A DNA stretch of 64,000 nucleotides, taken from contig CAYLWL010000001.1 in NCBI GenBank assembly GCA_964387675.1, forward strand, positions 1,099 through 65,098, read 5' to 3'. Within the stretch, counting starts at the first letter, position 1; each line of letters starts with the position of its first letter. This DNA comes from an uncultured Candidatus Saccharibacteria bacterium (GTDB taxonomy: Bacteria > Patescibacteriota > Minisyncoccia > UBA6257 > 2-01-FULL-56-20). The position numbers and the translations under genes are program-made. The notes below the pieces were generated by a model. It saw only the letters and a program-made list of their open reading frames with translations. It was not told the DNA's origin and made no database searches. Shown here piece by piece: positions 46,862 to 56,487 of the stretch.

Positions 46862-46884
46862 ATGCCGGCGCTTTGCGCCGGCAT
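46862..46884. terminator. GC-rich hairpin between convergent genes
   Basis: atgccggcgc ttt gcgccggcat. Confidence 0.45.
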
Positions 46885-46887
46885 TGA

Positions 46888-47520
46888 TCACAGATTCTTG
46901 TAGGACTTGAAGAGAGCCCAGGCGGTCGCCTGGCCCTTAAAGAACTCTCCGCGGCGCGCGAGATCGTCAATCTGCGCCGCGGTCATCTTATGCGCCTCGA
47001 ATTGCTCTTTGCCCGGGCGGATCTCGGTGTCCGCGGGCAACTCGATCGTAAAGACGCAAAAGTGCAGAGGCCGGATGCCGCGATCGTTCTTGATGACGAA
47101 CTCGCCGACGAAATCATCTTCAGTGACTTCCGCGTCCGCCGGCACCCACCGCCTCATCTCTTCCAACCTAAGCTCCAGGGTGTCGATCTCTCCCCGAATC
47201 TCGTCGGCAGAGCGGGCCGTCGTGGCGTACTTTTCGGCATCGCCGAGCTCCTCCCGGAGATCCTTCAGCTTCTCTTCGGTCTCCAGTATCGGAGCGTCGA
47301 AGAGCTCCTCGAGGAGTTCGCGCGTGGCCGTCTGCCACGTCGTCTCATCGGTTGGATCAGTGACCCCGAACGGAAAGCTGTACTTCACGCTAGGTTTCCC
47401 GTCCTCCGACTTATCTTCATAAAGAACGCTGTAGGTCGTCTTGCGCTCCGGCGCGACGAACTGGACGATCGTGCAGGAACCAACGATCTGCTCCTGACGA
47501 AGTCGGATTTTCAAAGGCAT
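46888..47520 (-). CDS. Hypothetical protein
   Basis: 210-aa ORF with no recognised motif. Confidence 0.35.
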   Translation of the reverse strand: MPLKIRLRQEQIVGSCTIVQFVAPERKTTYSVLYEDKSEDGKPSVKYSFPFGVTDPTDETTWQTATRELLEELFDAPILETEEKLKDLREELGDAEKYATTARSADEIRGEIDTLELRLEEMRRWVPADAEVTEDDFVGEFVIKNDRGIRPLHFCVFTIELPADTEIRPGKEQFEAHKMTAAQIDDLARRGEFFKGQATAWALFKSYKNL

Positions 47521-47558
47521 TGCGCCTCCTTTCTGCCTAGAAATCTACCATATAAAAT

Positions 47559-47984
47559 CTATTTCGTCAAGTCCTCCAGAATCTTCTCGAACACCCTCCG
47601 GTGGTTCGGGAAAAAGTCGTGCAGGGCAAGGATTTCTTTTGGCGAAAACACTTTTATCTCTTCCCCTTCGTCGCCTTGATGCTTGAGGCGTGGAAGCGAT
47701 TCCAATCGCGCGACAAAAAGGGCAAGAATATGCGACCCCTTGTCTTCTTCGTAGACGAGCGAGAGGTCTTTTTCATGCAAACGTATCCCGATTTCTTCTT
47801 TTGCCTCCCGAAGAACGGCAGCCTCCGCGCCTTCTCCCGGATTGCTCCGGCCGCCCGGCGCTTTCCAAAACACCGGCGGCGGTTTTTTGGGGTCGCGGAT
47901 CAAGGGAATCCCTTGCGACGTGATTATGAAAACGGCAACGGCGTAGCTCTGGTTCAAAGGCGCGCCCTTCTCACTGCTTGGCAT
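47559..47984 (-). CDS. NUDIX hydrolase
   Basis: Nudix box GGRSNPGEGAEAAVLREAKEEIGI. Confidence 0.6.
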   Translation of the reverse strand: MPSSEKGAPLNQSYAVAVFIITSQGIPLIRDPKKPPPVFWKAPGGRSNPGEGAEAAVLREAKEEIGIRLHEKDLSLVYEEDKGSHILALFVARLESLPRLKHQGDEGEEIKVFSPKEILALHDFFPNHRRVFEKILEDLTK

Positions 47985-48246
47985 GAAGTTGTATCGCAAG
48001 AAACAATTCAGCAACCGCCACATCCGCTTCGTCGTACTCGGCCGATTCGTAGTAGGGTATTTGGCTCTCTTTCGCGGCAAGGCGACCTGTCGCGATCCAC
48101 TTACCGTCGGGGGTGCGGCGCAAGCTCCAAAAATTCTTGTCGCACGCCGCGAGGAGTTCGGAAAGCGTCGGGGAATAAGGGTTGCCCGATTTGGCGCCCT
48201 GCGGAAACCCGGCGTCTTTTAATTTTCGCGCGAGTTCGACGGTCAT
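47971..48246 (-). CDS. Hypothetical small protein
   Basis: 91-aa ORF. Confidence 0.25.
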   Translation of the reverse strand: MTVELARKLKDAGFPQGAKSGNPYSPTLSELLAACDKNFWSLRRTPDGKWIATGRLAAKESQIPYYESAEYDEADVAVAELFLAIQLHAKQ

Positions 48247-48884
48247 TCTTCTTCCATAGTATCACGCGGAGACGCGCCGAGCAAGGAAAAGATGTATTTC
48301 ACGAGTTTCGTGGCAAGATAACTCAAAATCAAAAACGACACGATCCCGACCAAAAATGCTATTTCGAACTCCCTGAAGACGGCGACGCTCTGAAGCGGAG
48401 TGAGCCCCAGCGTGAGACCGTACGCAATGCCCGTGAGAATAGGGACCCAAATGCAGTTCGAGATGAAAGACATTTTGAAGAACTTTTGGAGCCCCATGCC
48501 GAACCAGCCGATCGAAAAAATAATCGGGAGCGCCGAGCCGTACACGAACCGCGCCATGAAAATCAGATTCGTGCCGTTTTTCTTCAAACTCTCTTCCAGT
48601 TCCGCATATTTGGGCAGGCGATTTTTTACGAAATTGCCGAATCGGGTTTCTTTGAGCGCGCCGCCGAAAGAATACCACAAGAGATCGCCGCTCGCGCTCG
48701 AAAGAATGACGACGGCGGGAAAAACGAGCAGGCCCCACGGGCCGAAAAATCCCTTGAACACCAGCCAGAAGCCGGTAAACTCGGCGATCGTCCCCAAAAA
48801 CATAACGGCGATGTAAAAGATAAAATAGGCCAAAAAGTAATTTTGGCTTGCCAAAAGTCCGAGGTCGTTGATGAAATCAGGCAC
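48243..48884 (-). CDS. DedA/VTT-family membrane protein
   Basis: 213-aa multi-transmembrane protein with a DedA-like pattern. Confidence 0.5.
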   Translation of the reverse strand: MPDFINDLGLLASQNYFLAYFIFYIAVMFLGTIAEFTGFWLVFKGFFGPWGLLVFPAVVILSSASGDLLWYSFGGALKETRFGNFVKNRLPKYAELEESLKKNGTNLIFMARFVYGSALPIIFSIGWFGMGLQKFFKMSFISNCIWVPILTGIAYGLTLGLTPLQSVAVFREFEIAFLVGIVSFLILSYLATKLVKYIFSLLGASPRDTMEEE

Positions 48885-48944
48885 AGAGTTTATTATAGCA
48901 TTTGAAAAAGTCGGTAAGACCAGGTAAGTTGGAAGTATTAGTAT

Positions 48945-49016
48945 GGTGCCTATGGTGTAATGGCAGCACTAGAATCTGTGGCATTCTCGGAACGGGTTCG
49001 AATCCCGTTAGGCACC
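48945..49016 (+). tRNA. tRNA-His (anticodon GTG) with genome-encoded G-1
   Basis: Acceptor stem GTGCCTA/TAGGCAC. G-1 (48945) pairs with C73. Anticodon loop CTGTGGC. T-arm ACGGGTTCGAATCCCGT. Confidence 0.8.
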
Positions 49017-49093
49017 CAAAAAACCCGGCTTCTCTTTTCGCTTCGGTTGGGTTATAAACAAATCAGTATCTAACACAATTACGGAGGTGGCCG

Positions 49094-49642
49094 TTGGTCG
49101 ACTTTTTACTAGACATCTTAATCAAGGCGCTTTTCGGCCCGTGGTTCTTTGCCATCATGAGCGTAGAGAAAGTCAGGGGTTATTTGGGAGATGGCTACTC
49201 ATTTGCGGGGTCGTTTACGCTTTTCCTTTTCGTTTTTGTTATTGTCATTGCGCTCGCAACGGGGAGAGGAAGGTGGCGCTCCGTGGGTAAATCGCCGAAG
49301 TTCTCAAGATTTGTCATAAACAGCCTGCTCGTGAGCGCTGTTACTGGTACGCTTGGCGCGTTTTCAAACTTCCTGGCGATCGCCTTCAACAACTTTGAAA
49401 TGCCGATTACCGTGTCGGGAGGCCGAAACAGTTCCGTGCGTCTCATATGGTTAACCGACTGGATTGACGTCAATAGGTGGTCCCTGGCTCGATTCTTCTG
49501 GAGATACACATGGCAGGATGTCAGCCCGGGAGATTTAATGCTCATGATCTCTTACCTCTTTTTATGGTGGTTGATACTGATCGTCTTCTGCTACGCTGGA
49601 TTTCGCGGAGTCCGCCACTTTGCGAAATCCCTCCCATACTAA
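49094..49642 (+). CDS. Hypothetical membrane protein
   Basis: 182 aa with several transmembrane helices. Confidence 0.35.
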   Translation: MVDFLLDILIKALFGPWFFAIMSVEKVRGYLGDGYSFAGSFTLFLFVFVIVIALATGRGRWRSVGKSPKFSRFVINSLLVSAVTGTLGAFSNFLAIAFNNFEMPITVSGGRNSSVRLIWLTDWIDVNRWSLARFFWRYTWQDVSPGDLMLMISYLFLWWLILIVFCYAGFRGVRHFAKSLPY

Positions 49643-49710
49643 AATACCCTTCCATGTCTGCGGGAAGGGTATTACATTTTTCGGCTGGCCGTATATTATT
49701 AAGAATAGAC

Positions 49711-50592
49711 ATGAGAGCGCCAGAATTTCCGCAAAATTTAAGATGGTTAAATTCGAAGCCGTTAGTGATGAAAGGGTTGAAGGGTAGCGTCGTGCTCATC
49801 GATTTTTGGACATACTCTTGCGTGAACTGCATCCGCGCACTCCCCCATCTCCGGGAATGGAACAAAAAGTATTCTGAAAAGGGCCTCGTGATTATCGGCG
49901 TTCACACTCCGGAATTCGAGTTCGAGAAAAACTTGGAGAACGTTTCGCGCGCCGTAAAGAACTTTGGGATAGAATACCCCGTGGTGATGGACAACGATTA
50001 CCAAATATGGAGTTTATACTCCAATCAGTTCTGGCCGAGAAAATTCCTCATCAACAAAGACGGCCAGATCGTTTACGATCACGCCGGCGAGGGTAACTAT
50101 AAAGAAACGGAGAGACAAATTCAAAAAGCGCTTCTTGAGATCGATCCCGAACTGAAACTGCCTCCACCGAGCGACGAAGAGGGATCGGACGGTATCTGCT
50201 ATCCCGTCACTCCTGAAACTTATCTTGGCGCCATGCGCGGCAGAACCGGAAAAACCTGGAGCTTCAAGGGTTTGTGGAAGGTATACCCTGAATTTATCGA
50301 GCACGGAGAGAGAAAAAATAATTTTGAGGATTACCTCGAGCTCAACTTCGAAGGAACCGAGGTGAATCTGGTGATGGAGTCGCTCGCCGACCAGCCGGTG
50401 AAAATTCGACTCGAACTTGACGGCAAGTTTCTCAGAGAAGTCGGTGTTCACGAAGCCAAGATGTATAACCTTGTTCTGCCCGCCGATATGATCCCCGCCG
50501 CCACGGCCCGGGGCGGGCGTGGTCAATTAAAAATCTTTTCCAAAGACCAGGGACTCCGGGCGTACGCTTTCACGTTTGGCGGCTGCGCGTAG
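49711..50592 (+). CDS. Thioredoxin-fold thiol-disulfide oxidoreductase (TlpA/redoxin-like) with a C-terminal domain
   Basis: VVLIDFWTYSCVNCIRALPHL carries a CxxC motif. Start chosen at ATG 49711. Confidence 0.55.
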   Translation: MRAPEFPQNLRWLNSKPLVMKGLKGSVVLIDFWTYSCVNCIRALPHLREWNKKYSEKGLVIIGVHTPEFEFEKNLENVSRAVKNFGIEYPVVMDNDYQIWSLYSNQFWPRKFLINKDGQIVYDHAGEGNYKETERQIQKALLEIDPELKLPPPSDEEGSDGICYPVTPETYLGAMRGRTGKTWSFKGLWKVYPEFIEHGERKNNFEDYLELNFEGTEVNLVMESLADQPVKIRLELDGKFLREVGVHEAKMYNLVLPADMIPAATARGGRGQLKIFSKDQGLRAYAFTFGGCA

Positions 50593-50652
50593 CAACTCAA
50601 GCTTCTCGCGATGGATTTGCAAAAATGGCGTTTATAAAATAATCTGAAATCC

Positions 50653-51336
50653 ATGCTCCTCTCTCGCGATCAAATTCTCAAACACATGGATCGGGGAACG
50701 ATTATTATCTCCCCGTTTGACGACCGCAATCTCAAAACCACGAGCTATGACGTTACGCTCGGAAGTTGGTATTGGCGAGAAAAAAATCCCGCGAATCCCA
50801 AAAGCATCCACAACCCCTATGACAGAAAGTCCACCGAGAATGTTTGGTGCGGGCCGCAGGAAGCGAAAACGGCAAAGGCGTTAAGAGAAGAGTCGGGTAT
50901 GGATCTCGAAAACGTTCCCGACGAATCCGAAGTTATTCTCCTCGAACCGGGAGAAACCATCCTTGCTCATACGAGGGAATTCATCGGCGGGCGGGATATT
51001 TGCGTTGCCAAGATGTACGCGCGCTCATCTTTGGGAAGAAACTTCATCGAGGTCTGCAAGGACGCCGGATGGGGAGATGTGGGATACTTCAATCGCTGGA
51101 CGATGGAGGTCACCAACAACTCCCGATACTTTTCGATTCCTCTTGTCGTCGGCAGACGCATCGGGCAGATGGTTTTCTACGAGGTCGCGCCCTTGGCAGC
51201 CGCGAAAATCGATTACGTTGGCGAAGGGGGGAAATATCAATCGTCGCAGGACGTAGAAGAGGTAAAAAAATCCTGGCGGCCGGAGATGATGCTCCCGAAA
51301 ATGCATATGGATTGGGAAATAAGATATAGTAATTAG
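50653..51336 (+). CDS. dcd: dCTP deaminase family protein
   Basis: IIISPFDDRNLKTTSYDVTLG...LEPGETILAHTREFIG shows the dCTP deaminase/dUTPase fold signature. Confidence 0.65.
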   Translation: MLLSRDQILKHMDRGTIIISPFDDRNLKTTSYDVTLGSWYWREKNPANPKSIHNPYDRKSTENVWCGPQEAKTAKALREESGMDLENVPDESEVILLEPGETILAHTREFIGGRDICVAKMYARSSLGRNFIEVCKDAGWGDVGYFNRWTMEVTNNSRYFSIPLVVGRRIGQMVFYEVAPLAAAKIDYVGEGGKYQSSQDVEEVKKSWRPEMMLPKMHMDWEIRYSN

Positions 51337-51382
51337 TAACTAGACATTAGTAATTAGGGGCTTTCGACTCATGCCCTTTGTC

Positions 51383-51411
51383 CTAATGTCTAATGTCTGG
51401 TAACTAATGTC
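51383..51411. repeat. Tandem heptad repeat (CTAATGT x3-4) ending 5 nt before the glyA ATG
   Basis: ctaatgtctaatgtctggtaactaatgtc. It is part of an imperfect inverted repeat with 51343-51363. Confidence 0.75.
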
Positions 51412-51416
51412 TTTTT

Positions 51417-52655
51417 ATGCGCGACAAAGTATTAGAAAGCTTAATCAAAAAGGAAATCGGGCGTCAGAAGGAAACGCTCGACTTGATTCCGTCGGAAAAC
51501 ATCGCCTCGCCCGCTGTTTTGCGCGCGCTCGGCTCGCCGCTCGCCAATAAATATTCCGAAGGGTATCCGAAGAAAAGATACTATGCGGGTAATTCCGTTA
51601 TTGACGAGATTGAATTGCTGGCGCAAGAGCGGGCCCGAAAAGTTTTCCGGCTTGGTAAAAACTGGCACGTGAACGTCCAGCCATATTCCGGCTCTCCGGC
51701 GAATATGGCTGTCTATTTCGCGCTTCTGAAACCGGGTGACAAGATTATGGGAATGAGTTTGCCGTTTGGGGGGCACCTCACGCATGGATGGCGAGCCAAT
51801 TTTTCGGGGCAGCTCTATGCGTCGATACAATACAAGCTCAAGCAGGATGGTTTTCTGGACTACAAAGAAATCTACCGCATGGCCAAGAAAGAGAAACCAA
51901 AAATCATCGTCGCCGGCGCGACTGCGTATCCAAGAATCTTCGACTTCAAAAAACTCGGCGGCATCGCAAGGAATGTCGGCGCGTACTTTCTTGCGGATAT
52001 TTCGCATATCGCGGGACTCGTCGCCGCGGGCGCGCATCCATCGCCATTCCCCTACGCCGACGTGGTGACCACAACAACCCACAAAACTCTCCGCGGGCCG
52101 AGAGGGGCGATTATATTTAGCAAAGAGCAAAGAGCAAAGAGCAAAGAGCAAGTGGTAACGATTGCGGAGGCGATAGATAAAGCTGTTTTTCCCGGACTCC
52201 AGGGCGGGCCGCACGATAATCAGACTGCGGCAATCGCCACGGCGCTTTTCGAAGCGAACACAACACAATTCAAAAAGTACGGACGCCAAACCGTGAAAAA
52301 CGCCAAAGTGCTCGCTCGCGAACTCACGCGGCTCGGATTCAACCTCGTAAGCGGCGGCACGGACAATCACTTGATACTTATCGACCTGACAAATTTGGGC
52401 ATCTCCGGCCGGGAGGCGCAAGATCGCCTTGAGGCGAGCGGAATAATAACAAACAGGAATGCCGTGCCCTACGACACGCGCTCGCCGTTCGATCCATCGG
52501 GAATCCGCATCGGCACGCCGGCCCTCACCACGCGCGGGATGAAGGAGAGAGAAATGAGAGAAGTCGCGGAGTTGATTTCTGACATACTCATACGGCGCAA
52601 AGTAACGAGCGTCGCAGTGCGGCAGCTTTGCAGACAATTCCCGCTTCCGTATTAA
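51417..52655 (+). CDS. glyA: Serine hydroxymethyltransferase
   Basis: PLP-lysine region TTTHKTLRGPRG, and SHMT N-terminal motifs. Confidence 0.9.
   Translation: MRDKVLESLIKKEIGRQKETLDLIPSENIASPAVLRALGSPLANKYSEGYPKKRYYAGNSVIDEIELLAQERARKVFRLGKNWHVNVQPYSGSPANMAVYFALLKPGDKIMGMSLPFGGHLTHGWRANFSGQLYASIQYKLKQDGFLDYKEIYRMAKKEKPKIIVAGATAYPRIFDFKKLGGIARNVGAYFLADISHIAGLVAAGAHPSPFPYADVVTTTTHKTLRGPRGAIIFSKEQRAKSKEQVVTIAEAIDKAVFPGLQGGPHDNQTAAIATALFEANTTQFKKYGRQTVKNAKVLARELTRLGFNLVSGGTDNHLILIDLTNLGISGREAQDRLEASGIITNRNAVPYDTRSPFDPSGIRIGTPALTTRGMKEREMREVAELISDILIRRKVTSVAVRQLCRQFPLPY
52120..52147 (+). repeat. GCAAAGA x4 tandem heptad inside glyA
   Basis: Read directly. It encodes the KEQRAKSKEQ insert. The unit length is not a multiple of 3. 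Confidence 0.9.
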
Positions 52656-52731
52656 GTTTGTGTTTGTTGCTTTTTTAGCAACAATAAGAAATAATACTGG
52701 TGCGGGTTTTACGTTGGTTGTAAGTTTTTAC

Positions 52732-53028
52732 ATGCCCATCAATTTTCGCTCAAAACTGCATCAGGCGCTCCTCGAACATTACTTTTTGAATCCTCGCGCG
52801 GAGTATTACGTGCGCGACCTATCAAGGATTCTTTCGTTCGACGTCGCCTTCCTCTCTCGCGAGCTCAACGCGCTCACCCGCGCCGGCATCTTTGTTTCTT
52901 CTATGCGCAACCGTCAAAAATACTTTCGCTTAAACCACGACCATCCTCTCTACAACGAAATTAAAAACATCACCGCGCACGTTGTTGCTAAAAAAGCAAC
53001 AAAGAGGGGTGATGCTTTCACCGTTTAG
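52732..53028 (+). CDS. Hypothetical protein (possibly a winged-helix regulator)
   Basis: 98-aa ORF with a helix-rich central region. Confidence 0.25.
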   Translation: MPINFRSKLHQALLEHYFLNPRAEYYVRDLSRILSFDVAFLSRELNALTRAGIFVSSMRNRQKYFRLNHDHPLYNEIKNITAHVVAKKATKRGDAFTV

Positions 53029-53051
53029 CGGCCAGTGGCATTAGATTATTA

Positions 53052-53897
53052 TTGTGCATGATCATCGACGGCAGAAAAATAGCGGGTGAGATTTTGGACA
53101 ATCTCAAAAAACTGCCGGTGCCAAGAAAGTTTTTGGGCGCGGTTTTGGTTGGCGATGATCCCGCCTCGCTCAACTTTCTCAAACAAAAAGAGAAAGCGGC
53201 TGAAGAGTTGGGAATTTCCTTTCGACTCTACAAGCTGCCGCTCGATATAAAAACTGACGAATTGCGGCAAGAAATCGGGCGCCTCTCCTCGCCAAGACCG
53301 TGCGGCGGATTCATCGTCCAACTCCCCCTGCCCGATCAAATAAACAAACACTACGCCCTCAACGCCATTCCCAAAGAAAAAGATGTTGATCTGTTGGGCG
53401 AAGCGGCGCTTGGAGCATTTTACAGCGGCAGGCACAACATTGTGCCACCGTCGGTCGGCGCCGTAGAAGAAATCCTCAAACGTAGCAACCTTAATCTTCG
53501 GCAGTCGAAAATCGTTTTGATCGGCGCGGGGTTCTTAATAGGAAAGCCCGTTGGTTTCTGGCTGCAAAACAAAGTGGCGGAACTTACTGTTTTTGATTCC
53601 AGCGCGCAGGAATTAAGAGCTAAACTGAAAGATGCGGACGTGGTTGTAAGCGGCGTGGGACAAGCCAACCTCTTCGGCGCGGAAGACCTGAAGACCGGCG
53701 CTCTCGTCATCGACTTCGGCTACAATGTAGAAGAAATGAGAAATGAGAAAGGAGAAATTAGGAAAAAAGTAGTCGGTGATTTCGATCCGGCCGGCACCGA
53801 GGAGAAAAATATTTCCTACACCAGGACCCCCGGCGGCACGGGGCCGATTCTTGTGGCAAAGCTGTTTGAGAATTTTTATGAACTCAACCGGGGATGA
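53052..53897 (+). CDS. folD: Bifunctional methylenetetrahydrofolate dehydrogenase/cyclohydrolase
   Basis: MIIDGRKIAGEIL...AVLVGDDPAS...GAGFLIGKPV. Confidence 0.85.
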   Translation: MCMIIDGRKIAGEILDNLKKLPVPRKFLGAVLVGDDPASLNFLKQKEKAAEELGISFRLYKLPLDIKTDELRQEIGRLSSPRPCGGFIVQLPLPDQINKHYALNAIPKEKDVDLLGEAALGAFYSGRHNIVPPSVGAVEEILKRSNLNLRQSKIVLIGAGFLIGKPVGFWLQNKVAELTVFDSSAQELRAKLKDADVVVSGVGQANLFGAEDLKTGALVIDFGYNVEEMRNEKGEIRKKVVGDFDPAGTEEKNISYTRTPGGTGPILVAKLFENFYELNRG

Positions 53898-53905
53898 TTT
53901 TTAGC

Positions 53906-53980
53906 GGTGGGCGCTGAGGGATTTGAACCCCCGACTTCTTCCGTGTAAAGGAAGCACTCTGACCACTGAGTTAAGCGCCC
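53906..53980 (-). tRNA. tRNA-Val (anticodon TAC)
   Basis: The reverse complement reads GGGCGCTTAACTCAGTGGTCAGAGTGCTTCCTTTACACGGAAG...GGGGGTTCAAATCCCTCAGCGCCCACC. Confidence 0.8.
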
Positions 53981-54016
53981 CGTCTTCTCCTATACTGCCA
54001 CGCACGTAAAGTAATT

Positions 54017-54790
54017 TCAATCGAATTCCAAGATCATCGGCAGGTGATCGGAAACTTCAAGATCGGGAACTTGAAAACTTTTTATTTTAATGTCGGGCGA
54101 CGCGAACGTATAGTCCGCGAACGGCTGAAAATCCTCCTTGCCGTAGAATGGCGAGAGCCGGCTCCTTGTCCTTTCGATATTAAAAATGGAAATAAGATTT
54201 TTCATTTTCGCGTCAATCATTTTAATACTCTCCGTATCCGGCATTAAATTGAAGTCGCCGCAAAGGATTTTCTGGCCGTCCATTCCGTCCAAAAATTCCT
54301 GTATTTTCTCCGATTGTCGCAGCCGCTCCGGCGTATCAAGTTTATCCCCGGGGAAAGCAAGCCCGTGGAAGTTGCAAATGGTAGGTTTTTTATTTCTGTC
54401 TTCGATCTGAACATAATTGATCGCCGCCGGAATGGTTTGGATATTTTCCGCCCCGTTACGATCCCTGTAGACGAAAATTTCTCCCGCGCCGCCTACGTTC
54501 AATGATTTCTTCGCGAATATCGCCTGGCCGGTCTCGATCTCAAAGTCAACGAAATTCTCCAAATCAACGCCCTTCTGCACGGGACAAAAATAACATTGAA
54601 AGCCCTCGAGCGCGAAAACCAGGTCGGCGAGGATGTTTGTCCGCGTGCCATGGCTTTCGACTGGTCCCCCAGAAGACCGAAACACTTCCTGAAAACAAAA
54701 AATGTCCGTGTCCGGAGCCACACTTTTTACAAACGCCATAAGCGGCTCAAAGATCTTCCCGCCCAAGATGTTTAGGGAAATTAGCTTCAT
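54017..54790 (-). CDS. Endonuclease/exonuclease/phosphatase-family nuclease (Exo III-like)
   Basis: MKLISLNILGG...FCFQE...GDFN...SDHLP. Confidence 0.6.
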   Translation of the reverse strand: MKLISLNILGGKIFEPLMAFVKSVAPDTDIFCFQEVFRSSGGPVESHGTRTNILADLVFALEGFQCYFCPVQKGVDLENFVDFEIETGQAIFAKKSLNVGGAGEIFVYRDRNGAENIQTIPAAINYVQIEDRNKKPTICNFHGLAFPGDKLDTPERLRQSEKIQEFLDGMDGQKILCGDFNLMPDTESIKMIDAKMKNLISIFNIERTRSRLSPFYGKEDFQPFADYTFASPDIKIKSFQVPDLEVSDHLPMILEFD

Positions 54791-54826
54791 TGGTTTTTGC
54801 CAAGGTCATTTTTCGGAAGCTACGAC

Positions 54827-54980
54827 GTATATCTTTTTGGAGCCGCGGTTCGTCCCGCTCCAGCGGCGGTACGCCCGCTACTTCCCTGCCTGCCGGCAGG
54901 CAGGTCGGTGGTTCGACTCCGACCGCGGTCGGAGACCAAGCTCGAATCATCTCCGAAAGCTTCCAAAAAGATATACGTCG
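54827..54980. repeat. Element of about 150 bp flanked by 24-bp inverted repeats, with a tRNA-like T-arm remnant
   Basis: gctacgacgtatatctttttggag ... ctccaaaaagatatacgtcgtagc. The interior contains GGTTCGACTCC, but no valid cloverleaf can be folded. Confidence 0.5.
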
Positions 54981-54987
54981 TAGCTCG

Positions 54988-55058
54988 TCGGAGCGCCGGG
55001 AATCGAACCCGAACCTCGTGCTCCCAAAGCACGTATACTACCACTATACTACGCTCCG
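54988..55058 (-). tRNA. tRNA-Pro (anticodon TGG)
   Basis: The reverse complement reads CGGAGCGTAGTATAGTGGTAGTATACGTGCTTTGGGAGCACGAGGTTCGGGTTCGATTCCCGGCGCTCCGA. Confidence 0.8.
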
Positions 55059-55125
55059 GTAGTTACACTTCAAATTATCTCATTTTTGTTTTAGAATCAA
55101 TTCGAAATAAAGCAATCGCCAAATT

Positions 55126-55197
55126 GCCCTCGTAGTTCAATGGATAGAACTCTGGACTTCTAAGCCAGATATGGGGGTTCGATTCCTCCCGAGGGCG
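55126..55197 (+). tRNA. tRNA-Arg (anticodon TCT)
   Basis: GCCCTCGTAGTTCAATGGATAGAACTCTGGACTTCTAAGCCAG...GGGGTTCGATTCCTCCCGAGGGCG. There is an A31-G39 mismatch in the anticodon stem. Confidence 0.6.
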
Positions 55198-55271
55198 CAA
55201 ACGCGAAATAGACCGTTTGACTTCCCTCTTGGGCGGCGTTTTAATATAACTAGAAGTTTGAACGAGCGGAG

Positions 55272-56273
55272 GTGGCAGAAATGCGGAATCCTCGAATTGC
55301 GTGCGTCTTCGCTCCCGGCTTTAAGCGCGGCGCGATGGCAGTTGGTGCGTCTCGTTGCCTTTTTGAAAATGACATTCGACCCGGAATCATCGCGGGTTGT
55401 TCAGCCGGAGCCCTGGCCGCAGGGAGTGTTGCCGCATGGGACGAAGAAGAAATCGAAAGGGCGCAGAAAATCTGGTCCGCGCTCAGCCCCGGGAAAATCT
55501 CTCGACCGAGATGGGCCGACGACCTCTTTCTCGGCTCGCTCGTGGCCGGCTCCCTCTTGCACGTGATCCCGCCCCTCGCGAAGGGCGAGAAATCGAGAAA
55601 AGCGGAACGAGTCGTCCGCGCGCTCCTTTCTCTTGGAATGCATGCCGCTTCCATTATGGCTTTCTTGAGACAATCGTCGATCTTCTCGAACGACCCGCTC
55701 TATAAACTGCTTACCGCGCTTGACGCGGAAAAAATCTTCGCTTCAAAAACGAAAATGATTGCCACGGCGGCGAAGTACGGAAGCGGAGAACGATCGATAT
55801 ACACCAACTTTCTCCAAAGAGATCGGAGCGGGGAACGATTACTGAAGGGGCTTATGGCTTCTTCGACTATCGTCCCGACTTTTCCTCCGATTGAGATCGA
55901 CGGGGAATACGAATTTGACGGCGTATTCGCGAAGCAGGACTTTTTGGCGTTCGACTTGGTCGAGAAATACTGCGCGTGCGATTATATCCTCTTCTTCGTG
56001 TTTTACTGGCTGCCCAGGGCGGAAGAAGTGGGCGGATTCCTTTCGGTTTCCGACCACGCGCACGAACTGATGGTCGAATACAGAATGCGGAGTATCCTGG
56101 AGCGGCTGCCCCAAGCAACAAAAGACAAGCTGATCATTGTTGAGCTTAGTGAGCCGCCCGAGAAAGCGGATCTCCGGAGGTTTTCGAAATACGACGTTCA
56201 GGATTGGATCTCCGAAGGGCATAGAACCACCGAGAGAATGCTCGTTGAAAGAGGATGGGCAAAAGAGAGGTGA
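55272..56273 (+). CDS. Patatin-like phospholipase
   Basis: GxSxG serine motif in GCSAGALAAG, and a Gly-rich oxyanion region. Confidence 0.6.
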   Translation: MAEMRNPRIACVFAPGFKRGAMAVGASRCLFENDIRPGIIAGCSAGALAAGSVAAWDEEEIERAQKIWSALSPGKISRPRWADDLFLGSLVAGSLLHVIPPLAKGEKSRKAERVVRALLSLGMHAASIMAFLRQSSIFSNDPLYKLLTALDAEKIFASKTKMIATAAKYGSGERSIYTNFLQRDRSGERLLKGLMASSTIVPTFPPIEIDGEYEFDGVFAKQDFLAFDLVEKYCACDYILFFVFYWLPRAEEVGGFLSVSDHAHELMVEYRMRSILERLPQATKDKLIIVELSEPPEKADLRRFSKYDVQDWISEGHRTTERMLVERGWAKER

Positions 56274-56403
56274 TGTCGTGGATATTCCTCGCGCAGCGCG
56301 CGAGGAATAATGTTACGCCGTTCCGTCTTGCGCAAGGCAACGTGCCAAGCGAAAAGACGGAAGGGCCTCTTTTTTTTGATTTTGTTTTAGTAACGGCATT
56401 TTG

Positions 56404-56487
56404 TGGGCGAGGTGGGATTTGAACCCACACTTCCTTTCGGAAACACGGTTCTAAGCCGTGCGCCTATACCAGTTCGGCTACTCGCCC
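56404..56487 (-). tRNA. tRNA-Leu (anticodon TAG) with a long variable arm
   Basis: The reverse complement reads GGGCGAGTAGCCGAACTGGTATAGGCGCACGGCTTAGAACCGTG...GTGGGTTCAAATCCCACCTCGCCCA. Confidence 0.8.

Noticed and set aside
54827-54980. A possible additional tRNA gene between the Exo III-like gene and tRNA-Pro
   Set aside because: The T-arm-like sequence would need a 10-nt loop, and no acceptor, D-arm or anticodon arrangement fits a cloverleaf.
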